Source: Acidimicrobiia bacterium
Lineage (GTDB): Bacteria > Actinomycetota > Acidimicrobiia > IMCC26256 > PALSA-555
Length of the DNA stretch: 64,000 bases
Direction: 5' to 3'
NCBI GenBank assembly: GCA_040881685.1
Contig: JBBECS010000015.1
Coordinates: 3,736 to 67,735, forward strand
In this document: one piece after another, positions 21,432 through 29,697 of the stretch
Layout of the letters: the number at the start of each line of letters is the position of its first letter
Position numbering within the stretch: the first letter of the stretch is position 1
The notes under the pieces: generated by a model
Database searches by the model: none
What the model saw: only the letters and a program-made list of their open reading frames with translations
Told to the model about the DNA's origin: nothing
Program-made: the position numbers and the translations under genes

Positions 21432-21470
21432 AGGCGGCGGACCGCGAAGGGGGTCGGTAGAGTCCCGGCC

Positions 21471-22127
21471 ATGGCGTATCCCAAGCACCTCATCAACGAA
21501 GGCGAGTCCGTCGCCCTCGACCTCCGCCCGCACTGGTGGTTCTTCTCGAAGCACATCCTCACGGGCATCCCCCTCGTCATCGGGATCGTGCTCGTGACGC
21601 GGATCAACGACGACGACGTCAAGGATGTCCTCACCTACGTCGTCGGCGGCGCGGCGATTGTCTGGGCGCTCTGGCTCCTCGTGAAGTTCCTCGCGTGGAG
21701 CCGCACTTTCTTCGTGATCACGGACCAACGGGTGATCTTCCGCACCGGCATCCTCACGCGCCACGGCGTGGAGATCCCGCTCGAGCGGATCAACAACATC
21801 AACTTCCACCAAGGGATCTGGGAGCGGATCATCGGAGCCGGTGACCTCGAGATCCAGTCCGCCGGAGAGCAGGGCACGAGCCAGTTCTCCGACATCCGTC
21901 ACCCCGACGGCGTGCAGCAGGAGATCTACCGGCAGATGGAGGGTGACGCGAAGCGCGATGCCGGTCGCGGTGCCGATGCCATCGGCAAGGCAGTCGCCGA
22001 GGCGGTCGCGAAAGGCGGGTCGAGCATCCCCGACCAGATCGAGCAGCTCGCCAAGCTCCGCGACAAGGGCACGATCACCGAAGCGGAGTTCGAGAAGAAG
22101 AAGGCGCAGCTCCTCGACAAGATGTAG
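21471..22127 (+). CDS. bacterial PH domain (bPH_2) membrane protein with C-terminal SHOCT domain
   Basis: INEGESVALDLRPHWW is followed by two TM helices and FFVITDQRVIFRTGILTRHGVEIPLERINNI. The C-terminus IEQLAKLRDKGTITEAEFEKKKAQLL is SHOCT-like. Confidence 0.8.
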   Translation: MAYPKHLINEGESVALDLRPHWWFFSKHILTGIPLVIGIVLVTRINDDDVKDVLTYVVGGAAIVWALWLLVKFLAWSRTFFVITDQRVIFRTGILTRHGVEIPLERINNINFHQGIWERIIGAGDLEIQSAGEQGTSQFSDIRHPDGVQQEIYRQMEGDAKRDAGRGADAIGKAVAEAVAKGGSSIPDQIEQLAKLRDKGTITEAEFEKKKAQLLDKM

Positions 22128-22138
22128 TTGCGCGGGGG

Positions 22139-22678
22139 TTAGGAGCCGAGATCCACCTGGTGGATCAAGCCACGTTCCTTGCCGCCGTCTTCGATCACCG
22201 CGAGGTTGTCGACCGCCAACTCCCAGTCGAATGAGCGGTTCTCCAAGACCTGCATGATCTCGGGCAGGTGCTCACCGGCCCGCGGACCTTGAGCGAGGGT
22301 CACGTGCGGGACCCACGCATCGGGCGCGTAGTACGGCAAGCCAACACCGAATCCCGGTGTGCACCTCGCCCAGATCTGCTCGTGAAGCTCGTTGAGCTCG
22401 TCCGTGCGCGTCACCGACACGAACACGACCGGCTCGGTGCCCGTAAACACGTCGAAGCCCTTCGTCGGCACCTGGAACGGCGTCCGGTTGGCGCTCACGT
22501 CGTCGAGCTCGGGCCCCAGCGCGTCGAGGTCGTACTCATCAGCGACCACGTGGTACGAGAAGTGGATGAAGGGCTTCACGTAGCGAGGCCGCAAGCCGAA
22601 GCGTGCCTCGAGCTCCGACCAGATCGAGCGAACCTCATCGGCGTGCTCGTGGTCGATCAATGAGACGAGCGCGTTCAC
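22139..22678 (-). CDS. 2H phosphoesterase / 2'-5' RNA ligase superfamily protein
   Basis: Two HxS/T motifs are present (FIHFSY and PHVTLA) at the spacing expected for the 2H fold. The GTG start overlaps the galK stop (GTGA). Confidence 0.7.
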   Translation of the reverse strand: MNALVSLIDHEHADEVRSIWSELEARFGLRPRYVKPFIHFSYHVVADEYDLDALGPELDDVSANRTPFQVPTKGFDVFTGTEPVVFVSVTRTDELNELHEQIWARCTPGFGVGLPYYAPDAWVPHVTLAQGPRAGEHLPEIMQVLENRSFDWELAVDNLAVIEDGGKERGLIHQVDLGS

Positions 22679-23745
22679 GGGTCGAGGCTACGCCGCGCGG
22701 CCGCCGAGGCGCGGGCAACGAACGCGCTGGGTTGGAGTCCAGTGCCCTTCTGGTAGCGCTCGACCGTTCGCGCGAGCACGTTGTCGGCGCGGTTTCGCTG
22801 GCACAGCGCCACGACGCAGCCGCCGAAGCCGGCACCGGTGAGCCGGGCGCCGTACGCCCCGTCGTCGACCAGCAGCTCGACGAGCAGATCGAGCTCTGGA
22901 GTCGACACCTCGAAGTCGTCGCGCAAGCTCGCATGGCTGGCCAGGAGGATTGGCCCCAGCGAATTGACGTCGCCGGACCGAAGCGCGTCGGCGAACGCGA
23001 CCACGCGAGTGTTCTCGGTGACCACGTGGCGCGCCCGCGGATCGTCGCGCACCTGCTCGAGCGTCGCGTCGCGGAGGGTCTTGACGCCGAGGTCAGTCGC
23101 GGCGCGCTCGCAGGCAGCGCGTCGCTCTCCGTACTCACTCCTGGCGAGGGTTCGCGGCAACCCGGAGTGCACGACGAGGACCGCGAGCTGCGCAGGGAGC
23201 GGGATCGGCTCGACGTCAAGGCTCCGACAGTCGATGAGAAGCGCGTGACCTAACTCGCCGAACAACGACGCGAGCTGATCCATGAGCCCGCCAGGCACGC
23301 CCGTGGCCCTCACCTCGGCGTCGAGTGCGGCACGGGCCGCGTCGCGCCGGTCGAACTCGAGGCCACCGGCGTCCGCGAGGCCGAGCGTCAGGGCGACCGC
23401 GAGTGCTGAGCTCGACGAGAGCCCAGATCCGGCGGGCACGGTCGACGACACCGAGAGCTCCAGGCCCGGAAGACGTGCGCCACGCTCCGTGACGACCTGG
23501 ACCGCTCCGGCCACGAAGCGGCCCCACGCGGGCTCGATCGTGCTCGGCTCGTCGTGGCCGTCGGCCGCCACGTCGAGCACACCGTCGACGTCGAGCGACT
23601 GCGCGCGGACACGGTCTCCCGGGACGGTCTCGACGCTGAGCACACAGACGCGGTCGATCGCCATCGGGAGCACGAACCCCTCGCAGTAATCCGTATGGTC
23701 GCCGATCAGGTTCACGCGCCCCGGCGCGCGCCACTTCGTGCTCAT
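22675..23745 (-). CDS. galK: galactokinase
   Basis: MSTKWRAPGRVNLIGDHTDYCEGFVLPMAID is the galactokinase signature, and the GHMP motif is PAGSGLSSSSALAVA. I chose the start at ATG 23745 within ORF 22675..23949. Confidence 0.9.
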   Translation of the reverse strand: MSTKWRAPGRVNLIGDHTDYCEGFVLPMAIDRVCVLSVETVPGDRVRAQSLDVDGVLDVAADGHDEPSTIEPAWGRFVAGAVQVVTERGARLPGLELSVSSTVPAGSGLSSSSALAVALTLGLADAGGLEFDRRDAARAALDAEVRATGVPGGLMDQLASLFGELGHALLIDCRSLDVEPIPLPAQLAVLVVHSGLPRTLARSEYGERRAACERAATDLGVKTLRDATLEQVRDDPRARHVVTENTRVVAFADALRSGDVNSLGPILLASHASLRDDFEVSTPELDLLVELLVDDGAYGARLTGAGFGGCVVALCQRNRADNVLARTVERYQKGTGLQPSAFVARASAAARRSLDP

Positions 23746-23761
23746 GGTGCATACTCGCGCC

Positions 23762-24616
23762 ATGCAGAGGATCAAGAACTCCTGGGAGCTCGGCAAGATC
23801 TCATGGTCGGTGCTCAAGTCGGACCGAACGCTCACGTGGTTCCCCGTCCTCTCGGCGGTCGCGGCGCTAATCATCATCGGCGTGTTCGGTGGGCTCGTCG
23901 CGGCAACCGGGGTCGACTCGCGCGATGGCGGCGACAGCCTCGAGGGCATCGCCTACGTCTTCATCTTCGTGGGCTACATCGCGCTCGCGTTCGCCACCAC
24001 ATATTTCATGGGCGCGTTGGTGCACGCCGCGAACGAGCGGCTCGATGGGCGCGAGTCGAACTTCGGCGCGTCGATGAGCGCAGCGTCAGCCAAGATCCAT
24101 CGGATCCTCCCGTGGGCTGTCCTGTCGGCCACGGTGTCCGTCGTGCTCCAAGCCATCGAAGAGCGCCTCGGGTGGTTCGGAGTCTTGATCGCGCGGCTGC
24201 TCGGTGCCGCGTGGGCGGTGGTCACGTTCCTCACCGTTCCGGTGATCATGTTGGAGGATCTGGGACCGATCAGCGCGCTCAAGCGGTCGGGTCAGCTCCT
24301 CAAGAAGTCGTGGGGTGAGAACCTCGCCGCGCAGGCCGGCTTCGGGCTTCTCGGCATCGTGGCGATGCTTCCCGGCCTGATCGTGCTGGGCCTCGGCATC
24401 GCCTCGGGCAGCACCGTGGTCGCAATTGCGCTCGGAATCCCTGCCGTGGCGTGGCTGGTGGCCGTGATGGTCGTGATCTCGGCGATGAGCGGCATCTTCC
24501 GCACCGCGCTCTACCGCTTCGCGGTGGACGGCACCGCGCCTCCTGCCTTCGCAGACGCCGACCTCGGCAACGCGTTCGGTGAGAAGCGCCAGCGCGGCGG
24601 CGGCTGGCTGAACTAG
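23762..24616 (+). CDS. multi-pass membrane protein (DUF6159-like)
   Basis: MQRIKNSWELGKISWSVLKSDRTLTWFPVLS is followed by about 6 hydrophobic helices. The family assignment is from memory of similar N-termini. Confidence 0.65.
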   Translation: MQRIKNSWELGKISWSVLKSDRTLTWFPVLSAVAALIIIGVFGGLVAATGVDSRDGGDSLEGIAYVFIFVGYIALAFATTYFMGALVHAANERLDGRESNFGASMSAASAKIHRILPWAVLSATVSVVLQAIEERLGWFGVLIARLLGAAWAVVTFLTVPVIMLEDLGPISALKRSGQLLKKSWGENLAAQAGFGLLGIVAMLPGLIVLGLGIASGSTVVAIALGIPAVAWLVAVMVVISAMSGIFRTALYRFAVDGTAPPAFADADLGNAFGEKRQRGGGWLN

Positions 24617-24623
24617 CCCGTCG

Positions 24624-25544
24624 TCAGGCGAGCGCGGGCAGCACCTCGGCGGCGAAGCGGTCGAGGCCGTCGAGGTCGAACGGCGCCCGCAGGGCGATCA
24701 TCACCCAATCGGCACCCGCGTCGGCGTACTCGCCGAGCCGGTCCACGATCTCGTTCGTGCTGCCGGTCAGTGCGCTCGGACGGATCCAGTCGGTCATCCC
24801 GCCGAAGCGCTCGCCCAACTCGTCGTCGCTCCAGGCGAGCGTGAGGTTCACCGACTTCTCGATGCTTGCGGGGTCTGTGCCGACGTTCTCGCAGTGGTCG
24901 GTGAGCACCTGCACCTTGTGCCGGTACACGTCGGGGGGGATGAATGGCACGTTCCACCCATCGGCGTGCTGTGCCGCGATGCGCAGCGTCACCTTCTCGC
25001 CGCCGCCTCCGATCCAGAGCGGGAGCCGATCCTGCCGCGGCTTCGGGTCGCAGCGCGCGTCGCGCAACTCGTAGAACTCGCCGGAGAAGGTCGCCGACTC
25101 CTCAGTGAGGAGCAAGCGCATCACCTGGATGGCCTCGTCGGTGCGCCGCAGCCGCACGGGCACGGGTTCGAACTCCATCCCGTACGCGGCGAACTCACCC
25201 TGGTGCCAGCCCCCACCGAGACCCATGGTGATGCGACCGTCCGAGAGGTGGTCAAGTGTTACTGCCGCGTTCGCGAGCACCGCAGGGTGCCGGTACGCGA
25301 CGCAGTACACCAGGCTGCCGCAACGCACGTGCGCCGTCTCGAGCGCGAGTGCCGCGTGCGCCGCGACTGCCTCGAAGCACACCGAACCCGACGATGTTCC
25401 CTCCGCCGTCACGGTTGCGTCGGCCGCATAGAAGTGGTCCCAGATCGAGACCCACCCGAACCCCCGCGCGTCAGCGAGTCGCCACAACGCGCGCAGCTCG
25501 TCGACCGTCGTGTTCTGGAGGCCTGTGTGCACGCCGAACCTCAT
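24624..25544 (-). CDS. LLM-class (luciferase-like) F420-dependent oxidoreductase
   Basis: MRFGVHTGLQNTTVDELRALWRLADARGFGWVSIWDHF matches the LLM TIM-barrel pattern along its length. Confidence 0.8.
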   Translation of the reverse strand: MRFGVHTGLQNTTVDELRALWRLADARGFGWVSIWDHFYAADATVTAEGTSSGSVCFEAVAAHAALALETAHVRCGSLVYCVAYRHPAVLANAAVTLDHLSDGRITMGLGGGWHQGEFAAYGMEFEPVPVRLRRTDEAIQVMRLLLTEESATFSGEFYELRDARCDPKPRQDRLPLWIGGGGEKVTLRIAAQHADGWNVPFIPPDVYRHKVQVLTDHCENVGTDPASIEKSVNLTLAWSDDELGERFGGMTDWIRPSALTGSTNEIVDRLGEYADAGADWVMIALRAPFDLDGLDRFAAEVLPALA

Positions 25545-25574
25545 GCCGGGAGGCTAGAGGTACCGTTGGACGTG

Positions 25575-26393
25575 ATGCTCGAGATCGATTCCTGGCCGGA
25601 CCTGCGCGACCCGATCCTCGTCGCCGCGCTCCGAGGATGGGTGGACGCCGGTGAGGCTGGCGCGCTGGCGGCGGGGATGCTCGCGTCGCAGCTGGACGGC
25701 GCGCGTGTGTTCGGGAGCTACGACCTGAGTGATCTCGTCGACCTGCAACAGACGCGCCCCACTGTGTCCCTCGTCGACGGCGCGACGCGGCACATCACCT
25801 GGCCCGTGGTCGAGCTCACGGCCGGACGCGCCGATCGTGACGTCGTGGTGCTGACCGGCCCGGAGCCGTCATTGCGTTGGCCGTCGTTCGTGGAGGAGCT
25901 CACCGACGTTGCCCGTCGCCTGGGTGTCACGCAGGCCTTCACGCTCGGCGGCATGCCTGCCGTCGCGTCGCACCGGTTGCCGGTGAGCGTGCTCGCCACA
26001 GCCACGAGCCACTCGCTCGCGCAGGAGGTGGGCGCCATCCGGACCGATTACAGCGGCCCGACCGGCGTGCAGACCGTGCTCCAGCAGTCGCTCGGCGAGG
26101 CGGGCATCCCCGCCGTCGGCCTGTGGGCGCAGGTGCCCCACTACGTGTCGGGGAACGCGTCACCGCCCGCGGTGAGGGCGCTGCTCGAGCGGGTCCGCGA
26201 GATCGGCGGTGTGCGCGTCGACCTCACCGAGCTCGACGACCAAGCCGAGTCGTACGCCGAGAAAGTCGAGGAAGGGCTGGCCGACCGACCCGACGTCGCA
26301 GACCTCGTGCGCGCGATCGAAGCGCAGACTGCCGACGAAGTCTCCGGCGACGACATAGCCGCCGAAATAGAACGCTTCCTGCGCGAGCAGTAG
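25575..26393 (+). CDS. PAC2 (proteasome assembly chaperone-like) family protein
   Basis: PILVAALRGWVDAGEAGALAA...VVVLTGPEPSLRW...GGMPAVASHR...VGLWAQVPHYV. I chose the start at ATG 25575 within the long ORF 24894..26393. Confidence 0.75.
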   Translation: MLEIDSWPDLRDPILVAALRGWVDAGEAGALAAGMLASQLDGARVFGSYDLSDLVDLQQTRPTVSLVDGATRHITWPVVELTAGRADRDVVVLTGPEPSLRWPSFVEELTDVARRLGVTQAFTLGGMPAVASHRLPVSVLATATSHSLAQEVGAIRTDYSGPTGVQTVLQQSLGEAGIPAVGLWAQVPHYVSGNASPPAVRALLERVREIGGVRVDLTELDDQAESYAEKVEEGLADRPDVADLVRAIEAQTADEVSGDDIAAEIERFLREQ

Positions 26394-26460
26394 CTCCGAA
26401 TGAGCTGTGGGTTCTTCCTCTCGTCATACAGAAGAAATGGGTGCGCCCAGGGGTCGGCTT

Positions 26461-26535
26461 GAGGGCGGCAGGCCGGCGATGGTGGCGGTGGCCGTGGGCC
26501 GTCAGGCGTTGAAGTGCCGGAGGGCGGCAGGCCGG
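26461..26535 (+). repeat. 16-nt perfect direct repeat pair
   Basis: GAGGGCGGCAGGCCGG occurs at 26461-26476 and again at 26520-26535, inside the 335-bp non-coding gap upstream of the mhuD-like gene. Confidence 0.7.
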
Positions 26536-26729
26536 GGCAGGGACGGCCCACCGCCCATCCGGCGACGACCCGAGTGGCGCGAGCGACGCGTCACCGGGGC
26601 CGAACGCGCGTCGCGCGTCGTGCAGCGGCGCAACGCTCCCTCGTACCCTCCGAGTATGCGCCCGCTCCGGGTGGCCGGTCCAGCCGGACCGGTGGGCATT
26701 GCAGGGTCCCGGACAGGTAAAACCTTGGT

Positions 26730-27134
26730 ATGAGTGTCGTGCGCATCAATGCCATCAGTGTCCCCACCGAACGCGCCGAGGAGCTCGAACGCAGGTTCGC
26801 CGCTCGGGCGGGGGAGGTGTCGGGTTCGCCCGGGTTCGAGGCTTTCGAGCTCCTGCGGCCCAGCGACGAGCGCGATGTGTACCTCGTGTACACCCGCTGG
26901 AGGTCCGAGGAGGACTTCAACGCGTGGGTGAGCAGCCCGGCATTCGAGCACGGTCACCGAGCGCACGCGACCGAGGGGCCGGTCACCAGCCACAGCGAGC
27001 TGTGGTCCTTCGAGGTGATCCAGCACGAGGAGGCGAGCGACCGTGGGACGGGTACCCCGGACCGCAGCGAGCCGGGGCCAGAGCGGCCCGGCGCGAAGCG
27101 CCGAGAGCGGAATCAGGAGTCGGCCGCGGGCTGA
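26730..27134 (+). CDS. heme-degrading monooxygenase-like ABM domain protein (MhuD/IsdG-like) with a repeat-derived C-terminal tail
   Basis: MSVVRINAISVP..ELERRFA.RAG.V..SPGF..FELLRP......YLVYTRW.SEEDF.AW is close to my memory of MhuD. The last roughly 30 residues (..PDRSEPGPERPGAKRRERNQESAAG) are encoded by repeat copy E. Confidence 0.8.
   Translation: MSVVRINAISVPTERAEELERRFAARAGEVSGSPGFEAFELLRPSDERDVYLVYTRWRSEEDFNAWVSSPAFEHGHRAHATEGPVTSHSELWSFEVIQHEEASDRGTGTPDRSEPGPERPGAKRRERNQESAAG
27044..27110 (+). repeat. structured repeat copy E (inside the 3' end of the mhuD-like ORF)
   Basis: GGGACGGG-TAC-CCCGGACC, then GCAGCGAGCCGGGGCCAGAGCGG, CGGCGC-GAA-GCGCCG (27088-27102) and GAGAGCGGA. Positions 27080-27109 are identical to 115-144. 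Confidence 0.75.
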
Positions 27135-27158
27135 GGGTGCACCCGCCCGCCTGCACCC

Positions 27159-27521
27159 ATGAAGACGCTCCGCGACTTCCACGAGATCTGGGCGTACGCA
27201 GCCGTTGGCGCGAACGGCGTCGTGGGGATCGCCGCCCTCGTGGCCTGGCGGGTCGTCGAGGCCCGCGGCCGCTGGCTTTGGATCGCGGTCATCTCGGCCC
27301 AGGCCGCGATGATGGTGCAGGTCGTGATCGGAGTGATCCTTCAGAGCGGCAATGACTACCGCGCCGAGGACTTCCATATGTTCTATGGGTTCCTGGCCTT
27401 CCTGACCGTCGGGTTCGCCTACCAGTACCGCACACAGATGCGCGGTCGGCGCGAGCTGCTGCTCGGGCTCGCCGAGCTCTTCCTCATGGGCCTTGGCGTC
27501 CGGGCCATGCTCCAGACCTGA
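27159..27521 (+). CDS. hypothetical 4-TM membrane protein
   Basis: It has four hydrophobic segments and G/C-ending codons dominate in this frame. No family is recognised. Confidence 0.6.
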   Translation: MKTLRDFHEIWAYAAVGANGVVGIAALVAWRVVEARGRWLWIAVISAQAAMMVQVVIGVILQSGNDYRAEDFHMFYGFLAFLTVGFAYQYRTQMRGRRELLLGLAELFLMGLGVRAMLQT

Positions 27522-27534
27522 TCGTGAGGTTTCG

Positions 27535-28674
27535 ATGAGTGAGCGCGTGCGCGTGCTGTTGCTCTTCGGAGGGCGGTCGGCCGAGCACGACGTGTCGCGA
27601 GCGAGTGCCGTGTCCGTAGCCCGCGCCCTCGACCCAAAGCGCTACGAGGTCGTGCCCGTCGCCATCACGAAGGAGGGGTGCTGGCTGCTCGCGGGTGAAG
27701 CGCGTGCTGCGCTCGAAGGAGCCCGAGACGAGCTGCCCGCAGCCTTCCGCGTCGAGGGACTTCCCGTGGCGGAGATCCCCGACCCGGGCTCGCGCGCCCT
27801 CGTGCCGCTCGATGCGGGCGCGCTCGACGCCGACCAGCCGATGGAGTTCGATGTGGTGCTCGCGCTCTTGCACGGTCCCTACGGCGAAGACGGAACTGTG
27901 CAGGGCCTCTTCGAGCTCGCGGGCGTGCCGTACGTGGGGTCGGGGGTCGTTGGGTCGGCCGTCGCGATGGACAAGGTGATGATGAAGCGCGCGTTCGCAG
28001 CCGTCGGGCTTCCCAGCGCACGTTGGCTCGCGTTCCGCGATGGGCATGATCGCGACACGCTCGCGCGAGAGGTCGAGTCGACGCTTGGGTATCCGTGCTT
28101 CGTGAAGCCGGCGAACCTGGGATCGTCAGTGGGCGTGTCGAAGGCTGGCAACTCCACGGAGCTCCAAGGCGCGCTCGACGTCGCCCTGGGCTTCGACGAG
28201 TGGGCGCTGGTTGAAGAGGCAGTGGTCGGGCGCGAGATCGAGGTGGCCGTGCTCGGCGACGATCCTCCTGAGGCGTCCGTCCCGGGGGAAGTGGTTCCGG
28301 CGGATGACTTCTACTCCTACGCCGACAAGTACGAGGACGACGCAGCCAAGCTGCTCGCGCCGGCACCGCTGGAACCGTCACAGGCTGACGACGTGCGTGC
28401 GCTCGCCGTTCGGGCGTTCGACGCGTGCCGGTGCGAAGCCATGGCCCGCGTCGACTTCTTCCTCGAGGAGGAAGCTCGCGATGGCGGTCCGGGAAGGGGA
28501 TTCCTCGTGAACGAGGTGAACACGATCCCCGGGTTCACGACGATCTCGATGTACCCGCGGCTCTGGCAGGAGTCGGGACTGAGCTACTCGGCACTCCTCG
28601 ACCGACTCATCGACCTCGCATTTGCTCGCCATGAGCGGCGCGTGAACCGCGCCGGTCGACAGCGGGACGACTGA
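27535..28674 (+). CDS. ddl: D-alanine--D-alanine ligase
   Basis: MSERVRVLLLFGGRSAEHDVS, HGPYGEDGTVQGLFELAGVPYVG, FVKPANLGSSVG and FLVNEVNTIPGFT. Confidence 0.95.
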   Translation: MSERVRVLLLFGGRSAEHDVSRASAVSVARALDPKRYEVVPVAITKEGCWLLAGEARAALEGARDELPAAFRVEGLPVAEIPDPGSRALVPLDAGALDADQPMEFDVVLALLHGPYGEDGTVQGLFELAGVPYVGSGVVGSAVAMDKVMMKRAFAAVGLPSARWLAFRDGHDRDTLAREVESTLGYPCFVKPANLGSSVGVSKAGNSTELQGALDVALGFDEWALVEEAVVGREIEVAVLGDDPPEASVPGEVVPADDFYSYADKYEDDAAKLLAPAPLEPSQADDVRALAVRAFDACRCEAMARVDFFLEEEARDGGPGRGFLVNEVNTIPGFTTISMYPRLWQESGLSYSALLDRLIDLAFARHERRVNRAGRQRDD

Positions 28675-28680
28675 AACGCG

Positions 28681-28917
28681 CTACAAGTTGACGACTGGGC
28701 AGGTGAAGGTGCGCGTGATGCCCTCGACGCCCTGGATCTGGGAGACGACGAGCTTGCCGAGGTCGTCGAGGCTTTCCGCCTTGGTGTGCACGATCACGTC
28801 GTACGGGCCGGTGACGTCGTCGGCCGAGACCACGCCTTTGATCTTGCGGACCGACTCGGTCACGTGTGCTGCTTTGCCGACTTCCGTCTGGATCAGCACG
28901 TAGGCCGTGATTCCCAT
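28681..28917 (-). CDS. small Lrp/AsnC ligand-binding (RAM) domain protein
   Basis: The 78-aa protein MGITAYVLIQTEVGKAAHV..IKGV..ADDVTGPYDVIVHTKAESLDDLGKLVVSQIQGVEGITRT is a stand-alone AsnC_trans_reg-like fold. Confidence 0.7.
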   Translation of the reverse strand: MGITAYVLIQTEVGKAAHVTESVRKIKGVVSADDVTGPYDVIVHTKAESLDDLGKLVVSQIQGVEGITRTFTCPVVNL

Positions 28918-28980
28918 GCAGGCTCCCCTCATCTCCGCTCGCGCGTTGACGTTGCGAGCACGCTCGCCGGGAGCGTAGCC

Positions 28981-29622
28981 GTGACCGCGGCGATCGTCTT
29001 CAGCGACCGTGTCGAGGCAGGGCGACGCTTGGGCACCGAGCTCGTTTCCCGGCCCACGCCTGCGGACGCGATCGTGTGTGGCATCCCGCGAGGCGGTGTC
29101 GTGGTGGCTGCGGAGGTGGCGCGAGCCCTCGCCCGACCGCTGCGCGCGGTCGTGGCGCGCAAAGTCGGTGCACCCGGTCACGAGGAGCTGGCGGTCGGCG
29201 CCGTGGGACCAGACGGTGTCGCCGTGCTCGACGAGGACCTCCTGCGCCGACTCGGCGCTGACCGTGGCTGGATCGAGAACGCGCTCGAGCGCGCGCGTGC
29301 AGAAGTCTCAGCTCGCGTTGCCGAGTTTCCTGGCGTCGTGACGGCACCGGCCGTGCGCGGGTGTTCGGTGATCGTCGTGGACGACGGTGTGGCGACCGGT
29401 TCGACCGCGGCCGCAGTGGGCCGATGGCTCGGGCACGCCGGGGCTACGCACCGGTTGCTCGCCTTGCCCGTCGGCCCGCCGGACACCCTTGAGCAGCTGC
29501 GCGCCGACTACGACGAGGTGCTCGCGCTCGCGGCTCCGGCCGCGTTCATGGCCGTCGGCCAGTTCTACCGAAACTTCACCCAGACGACCGACGACGAGGT
29601 CCGGCGACTGTTGGGTGGGTAA
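28981..29622 (+). CDS. phosphoribosyltransferase family protein
   Basis: FSDRVEAGRRLG..L, CGIPRGGVVVAAEVA and the PRPP loop VIVVDDGVATGST. The GTG start at 28981 is uncertain. Confidence 0.75.
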   Translation: MTAAIVFSDRVEAGRRLGTELVSRPTPADAIVCGIPRGGVVVAAEVARALARPLRAVVARKVGAPGHEELAVGAVGPDGVAVLDEDLLRRLGADRGWIENALERARAEVSARVAEFPGVVTAPAVRGCSVIVVDDGVATGSTAAAVGRWLGHAGATHRLLALPVGPPDTLEQLRADYDEVLALAAPAAFMAVGQFYRNFTQTTDDEVRRLLGG

Positions 29623-29648
29623 TGCGGCGCCGGAGGCGCTGGCCAGGG

Positions 29649-29693
29649 AGAGAGCGACCGCGGCGCACGTATCGTGCGTCGCAGTGAGCGACC
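29649..29693 (+). repeat. structured repeat copy M (direct repeat - hairpin - direct repeat)
   Basis: AGAGCGACC, then GCGGCGCACG-TAT-CGTGCGTCGC (29660-29682, one G-T pair), then AGTGAGCGACC. It lies between the convergent PRTase and pckG ends. Confidence 0.75.
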
Positions 29694-29697
29694 GAGT

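Noticed and set aside
26712-26730. A possible IdeR (iron box) operator at the mhuD-like start.
   Set aside because: Only about half of the 19-bp consensus as I remember it (TTAGGTTAGGCTAACCTAA) matches. It is kept only as an unexplained small palindrome (AGGTAAAACCT) within a finding and is not called as an IdeR site.
26502-27377. A 291-aa minus-strand ORF covering the spacer, the mhuD-like gene and the start of the next gene.
   Set aside because: It is antisense to a convincing ABM-domain gene and a membrane-protein gene. The translation has no recognisable domain and the typical artefact composition.
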